DNA of 64,000 bases from an uncultured Desulfobacterales bacterium (GCA_964647585.1 CAZYGG010000012.1:4762-68761); one strand, 5' to 3'. Counted from the stretch's first letter, positions 19,485-28,395 are shown. Translations and numbers: made by a program. The notes: generated by a model not told the origin, from the letters alone.

Positions 19485-19829
19485 TTAATGGTAATCGTGG
19501 GTTCCCGCGATGACGTTCACTCCCGTCTTCTTCTCCAGGATCGCCGCCATCTCCTGCGGGCTTGTATACGGGCAATCCGGCTTGGCGTTCGCCAGACATG
19601 AGCTCAGATAGATCGCATCCGGTTTTATCTCCGACAGTTTGGCGGCCATACCAACATTCGGCACCACTGTCCGCCCCGGGCACTCGCACTTTACAAACGC
19701 GGTCACAGCCACGGGTTCAGTGAACTGTCCTTCTCCCAGTGCGGCCGCTTTCAGGCAGCGCCACTCCCCCGGGCATCCATACCCGCTGTCCATATAAGCC
19801 CCACAACCAACAATTGCTACTTTTTTCAT
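19485..19829 (-). CDS. CGGC-domain metal-binding protein (variant motif)
   Basis: KKVAIVGC...GCPGEWRC...CECPGR...DAIYLSSC...CP...GTH layout; GGAGG RBS. Confidence 0.8.
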   Translation of the reverse strand: MKKVAIVGCGAYMDSGYGCPGEWRCLKAAALGEGQFTEPVAVTAFVKCECPGRTVVPNVGMAAKLSEIKPDAIYLSSCLANAKPDCPYTSPQEMAAILEKKTGVNVIAGTHDYH

Positions 19830-19845
19830 GCTACCTCCATTTATT

Positions 19846-20052
19846 TGAAGCTATCTCAAAAAGCGGATTTTGGTTCCCCGCTAAAAACGCGCGGGATCTG
19901 CGACAAAATGCGGCGGCCGTGAGGTTCAAACCGGAGGAATACATCCGGTATTTCGAGGATTTGAACCGAGCGCCCAACGCAGAGTTTGGACCAATCAGTC
20001 TTCGCTCTTCGAGCTTCGCCCGACAAAAAGACTTTTTTGAGATGGCTTCCTA
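19846..20052. mobile_element. TA-ended MITE (family A, copy 2) with internal mini-palindrome insert
   Basis: tgaagctatctcaaaaagcggattttggttc...aaagacttttttgagatggcttccta; abuts the NifX-like stop codon. Confidence 0.85.
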
Positions 20053-20409
20053 CCAGTGCCCGTCTACAGTGGCACCATCTACGAATTGACATTTCCCGGC
20101 AGCGTATGCGTTGACCGTTTCCCGCACGGTTCCTTTGGCATCATTGGAGACCTTTATCTTAGCGGCATCCAGGGTTTTGAAGGCATTGGGGCCACAAAAA
20201 CCCGTAATCAAAACCTCGGCCCCTTTGCTGCTGACCATCACGGCCGCATTGATACCGGCCCCTTTGAAGGCGTTGATGTTTTCACTGTTATCCAGGGCCT
20301 CAAATTCGAGGGTCTCCGGATCCACGACCAGAATATGGGCCGCCCTGCCAAAGCGCTTGTCTATCGGCGCATCCAGGTCGGTTCCCTGTGAGGTGATGGC
20401 TAATTTCAT
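20050..20409 (-). CDS. NifB/NifX (MTH1175-like) molybdenum-iron cluster-binding protein, orange-protein-like
   Basis: MKLAITSQG...IDKRFGRA...GAGINAA...LITGFCGPNAFKTL motifs. Confidence 0.9.
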   Translation of the reverse strand: MKLAITSQGTDLDAPIDKRFGRAAHILVVDPETLEFEALDNSENINAFKGAGINAAVMVSSKGAEVLITGFCGPNAFKTLDAAKIKVSNDAKGTVRETVNAYAAGKCQFVDGATVDGHW

Positions 20410-20454
20410 AGTGTTACTCCTGCATTCTTAGTTAGTGTCTGTCCATAATCCAAA

Positions 20455-20545
20455 ATTTGAGGATAGAGCTATTGGCCCTGAGCAGTTAGTTAATGCACTG
20501 TATTCAAACCGTTTTTCTAAAACCTAATAGCTAAGAGCTAACACC
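20455..20545. repeat. Inverted pair of TAGCTAA heptamer-like arrays
   Basis: tagagctattggccctgagcagttagtt ... aacctaatagctaagagctaacacc; related arms at 41125-41272. Confidence 0.55.
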
Positions 20546-20577
20546 TTCTATCCATGATTTCCAATCATGGATAGGCT

Positions 20578-20961
20578 CTAGTGTCCCTGCCCGCCCCCGC
20601 ATACCTGTTCATCGCCAATGACCGGCAAGGCACCGGAGATCAAATCTTCTACCACCGGCTTAATTTCAGCACGCTGGGCATCGTAATAAACATCGATACC
20701 GGCCTGTCGGAAACCCATCAGCGGCCGCATGCCGATGCCGCCTACGATGAGCGCGTTTACATTGTTGTCTGCCAAAAGGTTCACCGGGACCATACAGCCG
20801 CCCTGAACATGTTCCTGGTTCGGCAAGGTGGTGACCTCCTTGATCTGGCCGCCTTCCACATCTACCAGGGTAAACACATCACAGTGACCGAAATGACCTG
20901 AACGTACGCCGCCCAGGCCGCCCTGTTCCATTGAAGGTATCGCAATTCTGCCTTTTTCCAT
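20578..20961 (-). CDS. NifB/NifX family protein (second type, HFGHC motif)
   Basis: RIAIPS...SGHFGHCDVF...HVQGGC...ALIVGGIGMRP motifs. Confidence 0.88.
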   Translation of the reverse strand: MEKGRIAIPSMEQGGLGGVRSGHFGHCDVFTLVDVEGGQIKEVTTLPNQEHVQGGCMVPVNLLADNNVNALIVGGIGMRPLMGFRQAGIDVYYDAQRAEIKPVVEDLISGALPVIGDEQVCGGGQGH

Positions 20962-21015
20962 TGATTTCACTCCTTTTTAATTTAAATTGACCGGCAGGAA
21001 ATACCGATTTTATTT

Positions 21016-21879
21016 TCAACCCATTCTTGTTTCTATTTTTTTCCAGATCTCCTTAACAACCTTGGCTGCCGGCAAAGCGGGCTTGAATTCCAGGACTGTC
21101 TGTCCCTGGACCATGGCCTCCACGAAAGCCGCCTCAAAAGGTATCTTCCCCAGTACCGGCAACCCGTTTTTTCCCGCGTAAGCCTCTATCTGGGCAGTCA
21201 TGTCATCATTCAGATCATGCTTGTTGATACAAACCATAGCCGGGACCTTGAAATGGGCCGCCAGTTGGGCCACGCGCTCCATGTCGTGGAACCCGGAAAC
21301 CGTGGGCTCCGTAATGATTAATAGGGCGGTTGCCCCGCCAAGTGACGCGATGACGGGGCAACCGACACCAGGAGGCCCATCCGTTAAAATGAATTCGCAG
21401 TTCTTCTCTTCGGCCAGCTTTTTGACTTCCTGCCGCACGAGGGCCACCAGCTTGCCCGAGTTTTCTTCCGCTATGCCCAGGCGGGCATGCACCAGGGGGC
21501 CAAAGCGGGTATCGGCAATAAACCATTGGCCGCAGGTTTTGATCGGAAAGTCGATGGCCTTCTCGGGGCAGAACCAGACGCATACGCCGCACCCTTCACA
21601 GGCCACCGGGTCCACTTCGAAACTAGCGCTAATAGCGTCCCAGTTGCACAATTCCCGGCAGAGTCCACATTCGGTACACCGGTCCGCCCGAATGACGGCT
21701 TCGCCCCCTCCCTGGAAATCATGTTGGGCTCTGTTTTCCGGGGTCAGGAGCAGGTGCAGGTCGGCTGCATCCACATCCGCATCACAAAACGCACAGTTTT
21801 TCGCCAGCGATGCAAACGCCGCCGTGAGGCTTGTTTTGCCGGTGCCACCTTTTCCGCTTAGTATAACCAGTTCTTTCAT
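21016..21879 (-). CDS. MinD-superfamily P-loop ATPase with inserted 2x[4Fe-4S] ferredoxin domain
   Basis: SGKGGTGKT, DADVDAADL, CTECGLC...C, CEGCGVC...CP and DGPPGVGCP motifs. Confidence 0.92.
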   Translation of the reverse strand: MKELVILSGKGGTGKTSLTAAFASLAKNCAFCDADVDAADLHLLLTPENRAQHDFQGGGEAVIRADRCTECGLCRELCNWDAISASFEVDPVACEGCGVCVWFCPEKAIDFPIKTCGQWFIADTRFGPLVHARLGIAEENSGKLVALVRQEVKKLAEEKNCEFILTDGPPGVGCPVIASLGGATALLIITEPTVSGFHDMERVAQLAAHFKVPAMVCINKHDLNDDMTAQIEAYAGKNGLPVLGKIPFEAAFVEAMVQGQTVLEFKPALPAAKVVKEIWKKIETRMG

Positions 21880-21882
21880 GCT

Positions 21883-22752
21883 TTAGTCTCTCTCACCAGC
21901 GGGGCTTGGGTTCCACCCGGCTATAATCTTCTCAATTGCACCCGGCAGGACGCTGAATTTCTCTTTCCATTCCGGGAAGGCATCCACGATCAACTGCCCG
22001 CGTGAATAGGCTTCCGCTATCCGCCGCTCAAAGGGAATTTTCATCAGAATAGGGATATTTTCCTGCCCGGCGTAAGTCTCGGTGTCATCCGTCCCCAGAT
22101 CCGCACGGTTGATGATGATCCCACAGGGAATCCCCAGTGTTTTCACAGCTTCAACCGCCAGTTTCAAGTCATGCAGGCCAAACGGCGTCGGCTCGGTGAC
22201 CATCAGAACGAAATCCGTCCCGCGCATGGCGGCAATAACCGGGCAGGATGTACCCGGAGGGGCATCGATAACCGTCAACCCGTCCGCCCGGGCATCTGCC
22301 TTTACAGCCGTGATCAGGGGCGGTGCCATTGCCTCACCAATACGTAAACGGCCATGTACAAACCTGATATCGCCGAGATTGCCTTTTTCAACCACCCCGA
22401 TGTTCCGCTCTCCACGGATCAGGGCATCTTCCGGGCAGACTTCGAAACAACCCCCGCAACTGTGACACAGTTCGGGAAACGTCAATATCGTGTCAGGCAA
22501 TACAGCAATCGCTTTGAATTGACATATCTCAGCGCACTGGCCGCAATAGGTGCATTTGTCTGTATCTACATCCGGAACGTCCACATTGAAGTCTTCTACA
22601 ATGTCATACGCCGGTTTTATAAACAGGTGGGCGTTCGGTTCCTCCACATCACAATCCAGGAGTCGGATTTCACCGTCCACCGATGAGGCCAGATTGGTGG
22701 CCACGGTGGTCTTACCTGTTCCGCCCTTACCGCTTGCAATACTGATAATCAT
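21883..22752 (-). CDS. MinD-superfamily P-loop ATPase with 2x[4Fe-4S] ferredoxin domain (partner paralog)
   Basis: SGKGGTGKTT, DCDVEEPN, CTYCGQC...C, CHSCGGC...CP and DAPPGTSCP motifs. Confidence 0.92.
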   Translation of the reverse strand: MIISIASGKGGTGKTTVATNLASSVDGEIRLLDCDVEEPNAHLFIKPAYDIVEDFNVDVPDVDTDKCTYCGQCAEICQFKAIAVLPDTILTFPELCHSCGGCFEVCPEDALIRGERNIGVVEKGNLGDIRFVHGRLRIGEAMAPPLITAVKADARADGLTVIDAPPGTSCPVIAAMRGTDFVLMVTEPTPFGLHDLKLAVEAVKTLGIPCGIIINRADLGTDDTETYAGQENIPILMKIPFERRIAEAYSRGQLIVDAFPEWKEKFSVLPGAIEKIIAGWNPSPAGERD

Positions 22753-22803
22753 GCTACCCTTCCATGAAGGCTCCTGATAAACCGGAGCAAGTTCATTCTA
22801 AGC

Positions 22804-22865
22804 TTATGCTCATAAAATAGGTATGTGGGCATAGTTGTCAAGTGTTTTTTGAACTTATGCTCACA
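22804..22865 (-). promoter_or_regulatory. Promoter of the P-loop ATPase operon with three TATG-N2-CA(T/C)A boxes
   Basis: ttatgctcataa (22804), tgtgggcata (reverse complement tatgcccaca) and ttatgctcacaa (22855); minus-strand TTGACA near 22841-22836. Confidence 0.6.
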
Positions 22866-22889
22866 ATTAACTTTGTTTCGGTTTCCGCC

Positions 22890-23267
22890 CTATCTGTTCC
22901 GCCCGATGATAGCGTTTAGTTTTTCAACCAGGCTGGCTGCCTCGGATGCGTCGGGTTCAGACGAAAGCTGTGCGAGAATGCCAAGGCCCTCACTCGCTTC
23001 GTGAAAATCCTTCTTATTCAGAGAACTTACCAGGGCACAAGTGACCATTGGGTTCTGGACAACCAGTTTCGCCGCGAACGCCAGCCCGCTCATATCGCCT
23101 AGTTCCTCGGCAGCCACTACCAGATCAACAGGTTTTTCCACCAGACTGGCCAGAGCACCGCCGCCCGAATCGGCGTGGTCTAATTCCACGCCCTCATTCC
23201 CCTGGAGGGCATCCACGATTTTCGTGAATTTGTCATTTTCCATACCAATCAAAAGTAATTTGTACAT
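22890..23267 (-). CDS. Atypical receiver-domain protein lacking the phospho-acceptor Asp
   Basis: CheY-like pattern KLLLI...ADSGGGAL...PVDLVVAAEELGDMSGL, with Ala at the usual Asp position. Confidence 0.7.
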   Translation of the reverse strand: MYKLLLIGMENDKFTKIVDALQGNEGVELDHADSGGGALASLVEKPVDLVVAAEELGDMSGLAFAAKLVVQNPMVTCALVSSLNKKDFHEASEGLGILAQLSSEPDASEAASLVEKLNAIIGRNR

Positions 23268-23333
23268 CTATCTTCTCCTTTCTATACTAAAAACGCCCCC
23301 AGGCAGCCTTCTGCCCCTGAAGTTGTTAAGAAC

Positions 23334-23392
23334 ATATGCTCATAAATAGATAATTTCAACCCCTTGACAAGAATAAATTTTGTTCATATTTT
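23334..23392 (+). promoter_or_regulatory. Sigma70 promoter of the IscU-like gene with two more TATG-N2-CATA boxes
   Basis: atatgctcataa at about 23334; TTGACA-17 nt-TATTTT; tttgttcata overlaps the -10 element. Confidence 0.6.
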
Positions 23393-23440
23393 GTTTTTTT
23401 ACATGGATCGAACCACATTCACTTAAATTAAGGACGAAAA

Positions 23441-23941
23441 ATGAGTCAGATCATGTCGCAGCCGGGAGAAACAGGTGAGGCGGCCATGCTTGCCGAAACC
23501 GGGTACTCACAAACAGCCATCAAGTACTACATGGAAAAACCAAACATGCGCTCAATGCCCGACGCCGATCAGGTATCGGAATTTTTGGGCTCGTGCGGGG
23601 ACACCATGAAAGTGTTTCTCAAAATTGAAAACGACATTATTACCGACGCCAGCTACCAGGTGCTCGGGTGTCCCGGGGCCATCTCGGCCGCCATGGCGGC
23701 GGTTGACCTGATCAGGGGCAAGAATCTGAACTTTGCCAAGGCCTTGAATGACGGTGATATTTTCCAGATCCTGGTGGAAATTCCGGCAAAAAAACACCAC
23801 TGTATTCAACTGGCGGTGAAAGCCCTGCATAAAGCTGTGGACGAATATCGTGACGGCACCAGTGAAACCAGGGGTCCGGATGAGTGTGGCAAGGACTGCG
23901 ACTGCAAGAACGGGTGTCCCAGTAAAGGTATAATCTCTTAG
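23441..23941 (+). CDS. NifU/IscU-like iron-sulfur scaffold protein with Cys-rich tail
   Basis: GSCGDTM, GCPGAISA and KHHCIQLA give the three scaffold cysteines; tail CGKDCDCKNGC. Confidence 0.85.
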   Translation: MSQIMSQPGETGEAAMLAETGYSQTAIKYYMEKPNMRSMPDADQVSEFLGSCGDTMKVFLKIENDIITDASYQVLGCPGAISAAMAAVDLIRGKNLNFAKALNDGDIFQILVEIPAKKHHCIQLAVKALHKAVDEYRDGTSETRGPDECGKDCDCKNGCPSKGIIS

Positions 23942-23956
23942 ATCAATAGAAGGTGG

Positions 23957-24217
23957 ATGATGCCTCTTTTTGATTTTCTCTGTCCAGCGTGCGGGCAAAC
24001 CAGTGAACTTCTGGTCACTTCGGCAAACGCGAAGCCGACCTGTCCGGAATGCGGCCACCGGGGACTCAAGAAACTGCTGGCAGCCCACTCCTCAATGTCC
24101 GGTACCCGCTCGCAGACAATGCCCGGTCCCGGCGACACGGCCTGCTGTGGTTCGGCGCCCGGCAGCCATGCCGGTTGTGCCGGTCCAGGGAGCTGTTGTG
24201 GAAAATTGCCCCATTAG
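23957..24217 (+). CDS. FmdB-family zinc ribbon protein
   Basis: MPLFDFLCPACG...CPECG...CCG...C...CC motif. Confidence 0.88.
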   Translation: MMPLFDFLCPACGQTSELLVTSANAKPTCPECGHRGLKKLLAAHSSMSGTRSQTMPGPGDTACCGSAPGSHAGCAGPGSCCGKLPH

Positions 24218-24315
24218 AAGCGCACACAAAAAAGTCAGTTGACTTTCAAGGGCCCGTATGATCTTTATAATCCCCTAACGGACTGATTTTACATTTAAGG
24301 TAGGAGAATACAGTT

Positions 24316-24534
24316 ATGATGGGTTTTCCCGGTGGAATGGAACTTTTTGTCATCCTCTTGATCGTGTTGATCCTTTTTGGCGGAAAGAAACTGCCTGAAT
24401 TGATGGGCGGCATCGGCAAAGGCATCAAAAGCTTCAAGAAGGGGATTAATGATCCCGATCCTCTTCAGGATACTGCGGAACCCCAGGATCAGGTAACCCA
24501 CGAAGCGGAGAAAGAGCCCGAAGAAAAATCCTGA
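24316..24534 (+). CDS. tatA: Twin-arginine translocase TatA/TatE subunit
   Basis: [35 protein letters not shown]. Confidence 0.95.
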   Translation: MMGFPGGMELFVILLIVLILFGGKKLPELMGGIGKGIKSFKKGINDPDPLQDTAEPQDQVTHEAEKEPEEKS

Positions 24535-24605
24535 TTGCCAACTGAATACAGGCCTGTCGCCATGGCGCCGCCTGTAACCCCATGATAGGACCAACAGACC
24601 TCGCA

Positions 24606-24637
24606 AGGCCCGGTATATGCTACCCGGGCCTTTTTTT
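24606..24637 (+). terminator. Intrinsic terminator after tatA
   Basis: ggcccgg...ccgggcc stem followed by T7. Confidence 0.8.
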
Positions 24638-24698
24638 GTGGTTGTGCGTTTGCGTCTAACGCCGGTATGTAGTATGGTCTCCGAATGATATCGGATGC

Positions 24699-27281
24699 TT
24701 GGACACTCCCGCGCCAGGAAAACCGATAGGAAGGGATATCCCCATGCAGCACGGCGATTCTGAAAAACCGGGTCCCGGGCAACCAGCCGGGGGCCTGGGA
24801 ACCTTTGGCGGTGTTTTCACTCCCAGCGCCCTGACCATTCTCGGCATCATCCTGTTTTTGAGACTCGGCTATGTGGTCGGCAACGCTGGATTGTTCAAAT
24901 CCCTGATTATCATCGGGATTGCGAATCTCATCTCCGTGCTCACCAGCATTTCCCTCGCGGCCATTGCCACCAATCTTAAAGTTAAAGGCGGCGGCGACTA
25001 CTACTTGATTTCCAGGACTCTCGGACTCGAATTCGGAGGCGCCATTGGCCTGGTCCTCTTTCTCGCCCAATCGGTTTCCATCGCCTTTTACTGCATCGGC
25101 TTCGGTGAAGCCCTCCACAGCATGTTGTCAAACCCGCTGCTTTCTCCGCGCATCATCGCCGCAATCGCAGTGGCGGCCCTGTTTCTACTGGCCTGGATCG
25201 GGGCAGATCTGGCCACCAAGTTCCAGTATGTCGTCATGGTGCTGCTGATCGCCGCACTCGCCTCGTTTTACACCGGCAGCATCATCAAATGGAATCCGGA
25301 AACCTTCGCCCAGAGCTGGGCGGCATCCGAAACCGGGCCCGGGTTCTGGGTCCTTTTTGCTATTTTTTTTCCCGCAGTCACCGGCTTCACCCAGGGGGTC
25401 AGCATGTCCGGCGACCTGAAAGACCCGGGCAAGAGTCTGCCCCTGGGAACTTTCCTGGCCGTGGGCATTTCAATTGTGGTCTACTTTAGCGTCGCCCTGC
25501 TGTTTGCCGGTACTTTGCCGAACCAGGTCCTGGCCGGGGATTACGGCGCCATGCGTAAGGCGGCATTTTTCGGCCCCCTGATCGATGCCGGCGTTATCGC
25601 GGCCACCCTCTCTTCGGCCATGGCCTCTTTTCTCGGGGCACCCAGAATATTGCAGTCTTTGTCGGGCGACAAGATATTCCCCCTGCTGAACCCGTTTGCC
25701 AAAGGGGTCGGCAACGCCAACAATCCGCGTCGGGGGGTACTGCTCTCGGCCGTCATCGCCTTTGCAACCATCGCAGTCGGCAACCTGAACCTCATCGCGC
25801 CGATTGTTTCCATGTTTTTCCTGATATCCTACGGCCTGCTGAACTACGCCACCTGGTTCGAAGCCCGGGCCGCCAGCCCCTCTTTTCGCCCCCGCTTCAG
25901 GTGGTTTGACTACCGGCTCAGCCTCGCAGGCGGCCTGGCCTGCCTCGGTGCCATGCTGGCCATCGATCTGAAAACCGGCCTCATCGCCGTCTCCCTGCTG
26001 TTTGCCATTTTCCAATACCTGAAAAGGACTTCCGGCCCGTCTCGCTGGGCGGATGGCCGCCGATCCTACAATATACACCAGGCCCTTGAAAACCTGAAAA
26101 AAGCGGCCACAGAACCCGAGCACGACCGGGACTGGCGCCCGCATATCCTGGCATTCTCCGACAACACCGAGCGCCGGGCCAAGCTGCTGCAATTTGCCGC
26201 CTGGGTTGAAGGCGACAGCGGCTCGACTACGGCTGTTCAGATTATCGCCGGCCAGGGAGCCCGGAAACTGAAACAATATCAGGAGACAACGGCTGAACTG
26301 AAAAAGGAACTCAAGGCTGCCGGATCAAACGCCTTTCCCCTGGTCATCCTGACGCCTGATTTCGAACCCGGCATTTCAGCCCTGGTGCAGTCCTTTGGAA
26401 TTGGCCCCCTCAAGGCCAATACCATGCTGCTGAACTGGTTCCACCGCACACCGGATACAGTTGAGGATATCCGGGCGGTGCGCTTTACCAGAAACCTGCA
26501 GGCCACGTTTCGACTAGGAAAAAATATCATTATCCTGGATCCTAAAAGCGACCCCATGGAGGTTCCACCCAAAGAAAGACGCATCGATATCTGGTGGTGG
26601 GATGATGCCACCGGACGTTTGATGCTGCTGCTCGCCTACCTGATGACCCGCAGCCCGGAGTGGGACCGATCCAACATCCGGGTATTGGCCGCCGGGTACG
26701 ATCAGGCCTCCGGTAAAGATATCGCTGACCTGAACGCCACTCTGGAAGAGGCCCGTATCGAAGCCGCCACCGAAGTGGTGATCAACGCGGGCCCGGAGTC
26801 GATTGGAGCCTATTCGGACGACGCAACCCTGGTTTTCCTGCCTTTTCGGTTCAGCCAGCATACGGTCGCCGGTCCTTTTGGCAATCCCTGCGGAGAGTTG
26901 TTGTCACACCTGCCAACCACGGCACTGGTCATGGCGGCCGAGGACATTGACCTCGATGCCGAACCCGAAGAGGGTCCGCCCGGCGAAATGGCCGCCGCCA
27001 TGGACAACCTGGAAAAGGCCCGCAAGAATTTGGAAACAGCTGAAAAAACTGCGGAAAAATCCCGGCAGCGGATGGAAACGGTAAAACAGGAACTGGAAAC
27101 CCTTCAAGCCCGGCAGCCGGATCCTGAAAAGATGAAAAAAGCGGAAAAGGAACTCCTGGAAGCTGAAAAGCAGGTAGAAAAAACCTCCCGCAAAGCGGTT
27201 AAGGCCGCAGTTAAGGCCGATGATGCCGAAAAAGATGCCGAAGATCAAGGCCTTGAAGTGGAAAAGGATGAAGAGAAGTGA
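24699..27281 (+). CDS. Cation-chloride cotransporter (SLC12/CCC family) with cytoplasmic domain and coiled-coil tail
   Basis: GTFGGVFTPS, GGGDYYLISRTLG, FFPAVTGFTQGVSMSGDLKDP, NWRP-like DWRPHIL and IDIWWW are SLC12 motifs. Confidence 0.88.
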   Translation: MDTPAPGKPIGRDIPMQHGDSEKPGPGQPAGGLGTFGGVFTPSALTILGIILFLRLGYVVGNAGLFKSLIIIGIANLISVLTSISLAAIATNLKVKGGGDYYLISRTLGLEFGGAIGLVLFLAQSVSIAFYCIGFGEALHSMLSNPLLSPRIIAAIAVAALFLLAWIGADLATKFQYVVMVLLIAALASFYTGSIIKWNPETFAQSWAASETGPGFWVLFAIFFPAVTGFTQGVSMSGDLKDPGKSLPLGTFLAVGISIVVYFSVALLFAGTLPNQVLAGDYGAMRKAAFFGPLIDAGVIAATLSSAMASFLGAPRILQSLSGDKIFPLLNPFAKGVGNANNPRRGVLLSAVIAFATIAVGNLNLIAPIVSMFFLISYGLLNYATWFEARAASPSFRPRFRWFDYRLSLAGGLACLGAMLAIDLKTGLIAVSLLFAIFQYLKRTSGPSRWADGRRSYNIHQALENLKKAATEPEHDRDWRPHILAFSDNTERRAKLLQFAAWVEGDSGSTTAVQIIAGQGARKLKQYQETTAELKKELKAAGSNAFPLVILTPDFEPGISALVQSFGIGPLKANTMLLNWFHRTPDTVEDIRAVRFTRNLQATFRLGKNIIILDPKSDPMEVPPKERRIDIWWWDDATGRLMLLLAYLMTRSPEWDRSNIRVLAAGYDQASGKDIADLNATLEEARIEAATEVVINAGPESIGAYSDDATLVFLPFRFSQHTVAGPFGNPCGELLSHLPTTALVMAAEDIDLDAEPEEGPPGEMAAAMDNLEKARKNLETAEKTAEKSRQRMETVKQELETLQARQPDPEKMKKAEKELLEAEKQVEKTSRKAVKAAVKADDAEKDAEDQGLEVEKDEEK

Positions 27282-27294
27282 GGGGTGATACCAG

Positions 27295-27480
27295 AACATC
27301 CAACATAGAACATCGAACTTCCAACGTTGAAAAAGGTTGAAACTTCGCTTCCCTGTTCTATAGTACCGCGAAAACCAAAACCTTATCACGACCAGAAACC
27401 TGAGCTACAATATTGGCCGCCGAAGGCGCACCACAGTTCAATGTTCGCTGTTGGAAGTTGAATGTTGGACGTTAAGTTTC
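27295..27480. repeat. Inverted pair of CATCGAA/CATCCAA heptamer arrays
   Basis: catccaacatagaacatcgaacttccaacgttgaa ... ttcaatgttcgctgttggaagttgaatgttggacgtt. Confidence 0.7.
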
Positions 27481-27489
27481 TCAGAAGGT

Positions 27490-27840
27490 TTATCCCAGGC
27501 TCTTATCAAACAGCCCCCGGTCGCGAAACTCCTGGGCCTTGGCATCGTTCCACTGGCCCACCGGCCGCAGGTACCCCACCACCCGGCTGTAAACCTCACA
27601 GTCCTGGAAGTTGCGCAACAGGCTGTCCTTTTGAAAGCAGGCTTCGCATTTCAGGAAAAATCGGTCTTTTTCCGGCTCGTAGATACTGCCGCCGGTAATA
27701 TGAATGCCATCTTCCATGGGCAAGGCGGTAACGGTGACACCACAGCCGCAATCGTGGCATTTACCCGGCCATGAAAGGGCATTCTTTTCAGGGTTTTCAT
27801 CAAAAAGGTCGTGCAGACGCTCCACGGTCATCATCGTCAT
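27490..27840 (-). CDS. Stand-alone class III ribonucleotide reductase (NrdD) C-terminal glycyl-radical domain
   Basis: CHDC and CEAC, then CEVYSRVVGYLRPVGQWNDAKAQEFRDR matching the NrdD RxxGY loop; GGAG-type RBS. Confidence 0.8.
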   Translation of the reverse strand: MTMMTVERLHDLFDENPEKNALSWPGKCHDCGCGVTVTALPMEDGIHITGGSIYEPEKDRFFLKCEACFQKDSLLRNFQDCEVYSRVVGYLRPVGQWNDAKAQEFRDRGLFDKSLG

Positions 27841-27999
27841 TGGTCATCTCCTTATCAGGGTGGATCAGCAACGTCATCAAAGATTCAAACAAAGTAGATT
27901 AAAAGGATAACGCTATACATATTGTATGTCAATACCCTTTCGAATACTACATATAGTTATTACGGATACATATTCAGATCATGGCAGTCGGATTATTCG

Positions 28000-28066
28000 G
28001 GATCGAAATCGATATCGGAATCGAAATCGAGTACTGATTCCGATAGTGATTTCGATATGGCTGGCT
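28000..28066. repeat. Inverted ATCGAA/ATCGAT hexamer arrays
   Basis: gatcgaaatcgatatcggaatcgaaatcga...gattccgatagtgatttcgat. Confidence 0.65.
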
Positions 28067-28395
28067 TCAACAATCGATTGGTGAGATATCAGTTGCCATA
28101 TCCTTTGGATTGGTCCGTCCCACAGTAATATGCAATTCCCCCGGGTCAACCGTGTGCCGAGTTGTACATTGGGGCCATTAATGCTATGTCGGCTTATCTA
28201 CATAATGTGCCTATTCTCAAACGGTAGATTTTGGTTCAGAGCACGTGTCCGACGTAGCCATCAGGGCGAAGTCGGAAGGCGTAGTGGTTTTAAAACCGCA
28301 GGCATAGCATTGGCTATGTTGAGTTTTAAAAGAACGAAAACGCCGCTCTGGGACGAAAGATGCCGTTTGCGGATATGCACTAAGCTGGAGGCACA

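Noticed and set aside
19040-24217. Selenocysteine recoding in the Cys-rich metal proteins
   Set aside because: No in-frame TGA at a conserved Cys position was seen.
24545-24605. Possible ncRNA or riboswitch after tatA (reverse strand has a GGGTTACAG..GCGGCG stretch reminiscent of the 6S 3' arm)
   Set aside because: No complementary 5' arm or riboswitch consensus found; only the terminator hairpin is supported.
27922-28128. Ser/Asp-rich ORF (SGSKSISESKSSTDSDSDFD)
   Set aside because: Translation of the hexamer repeat array, not a credible gene.
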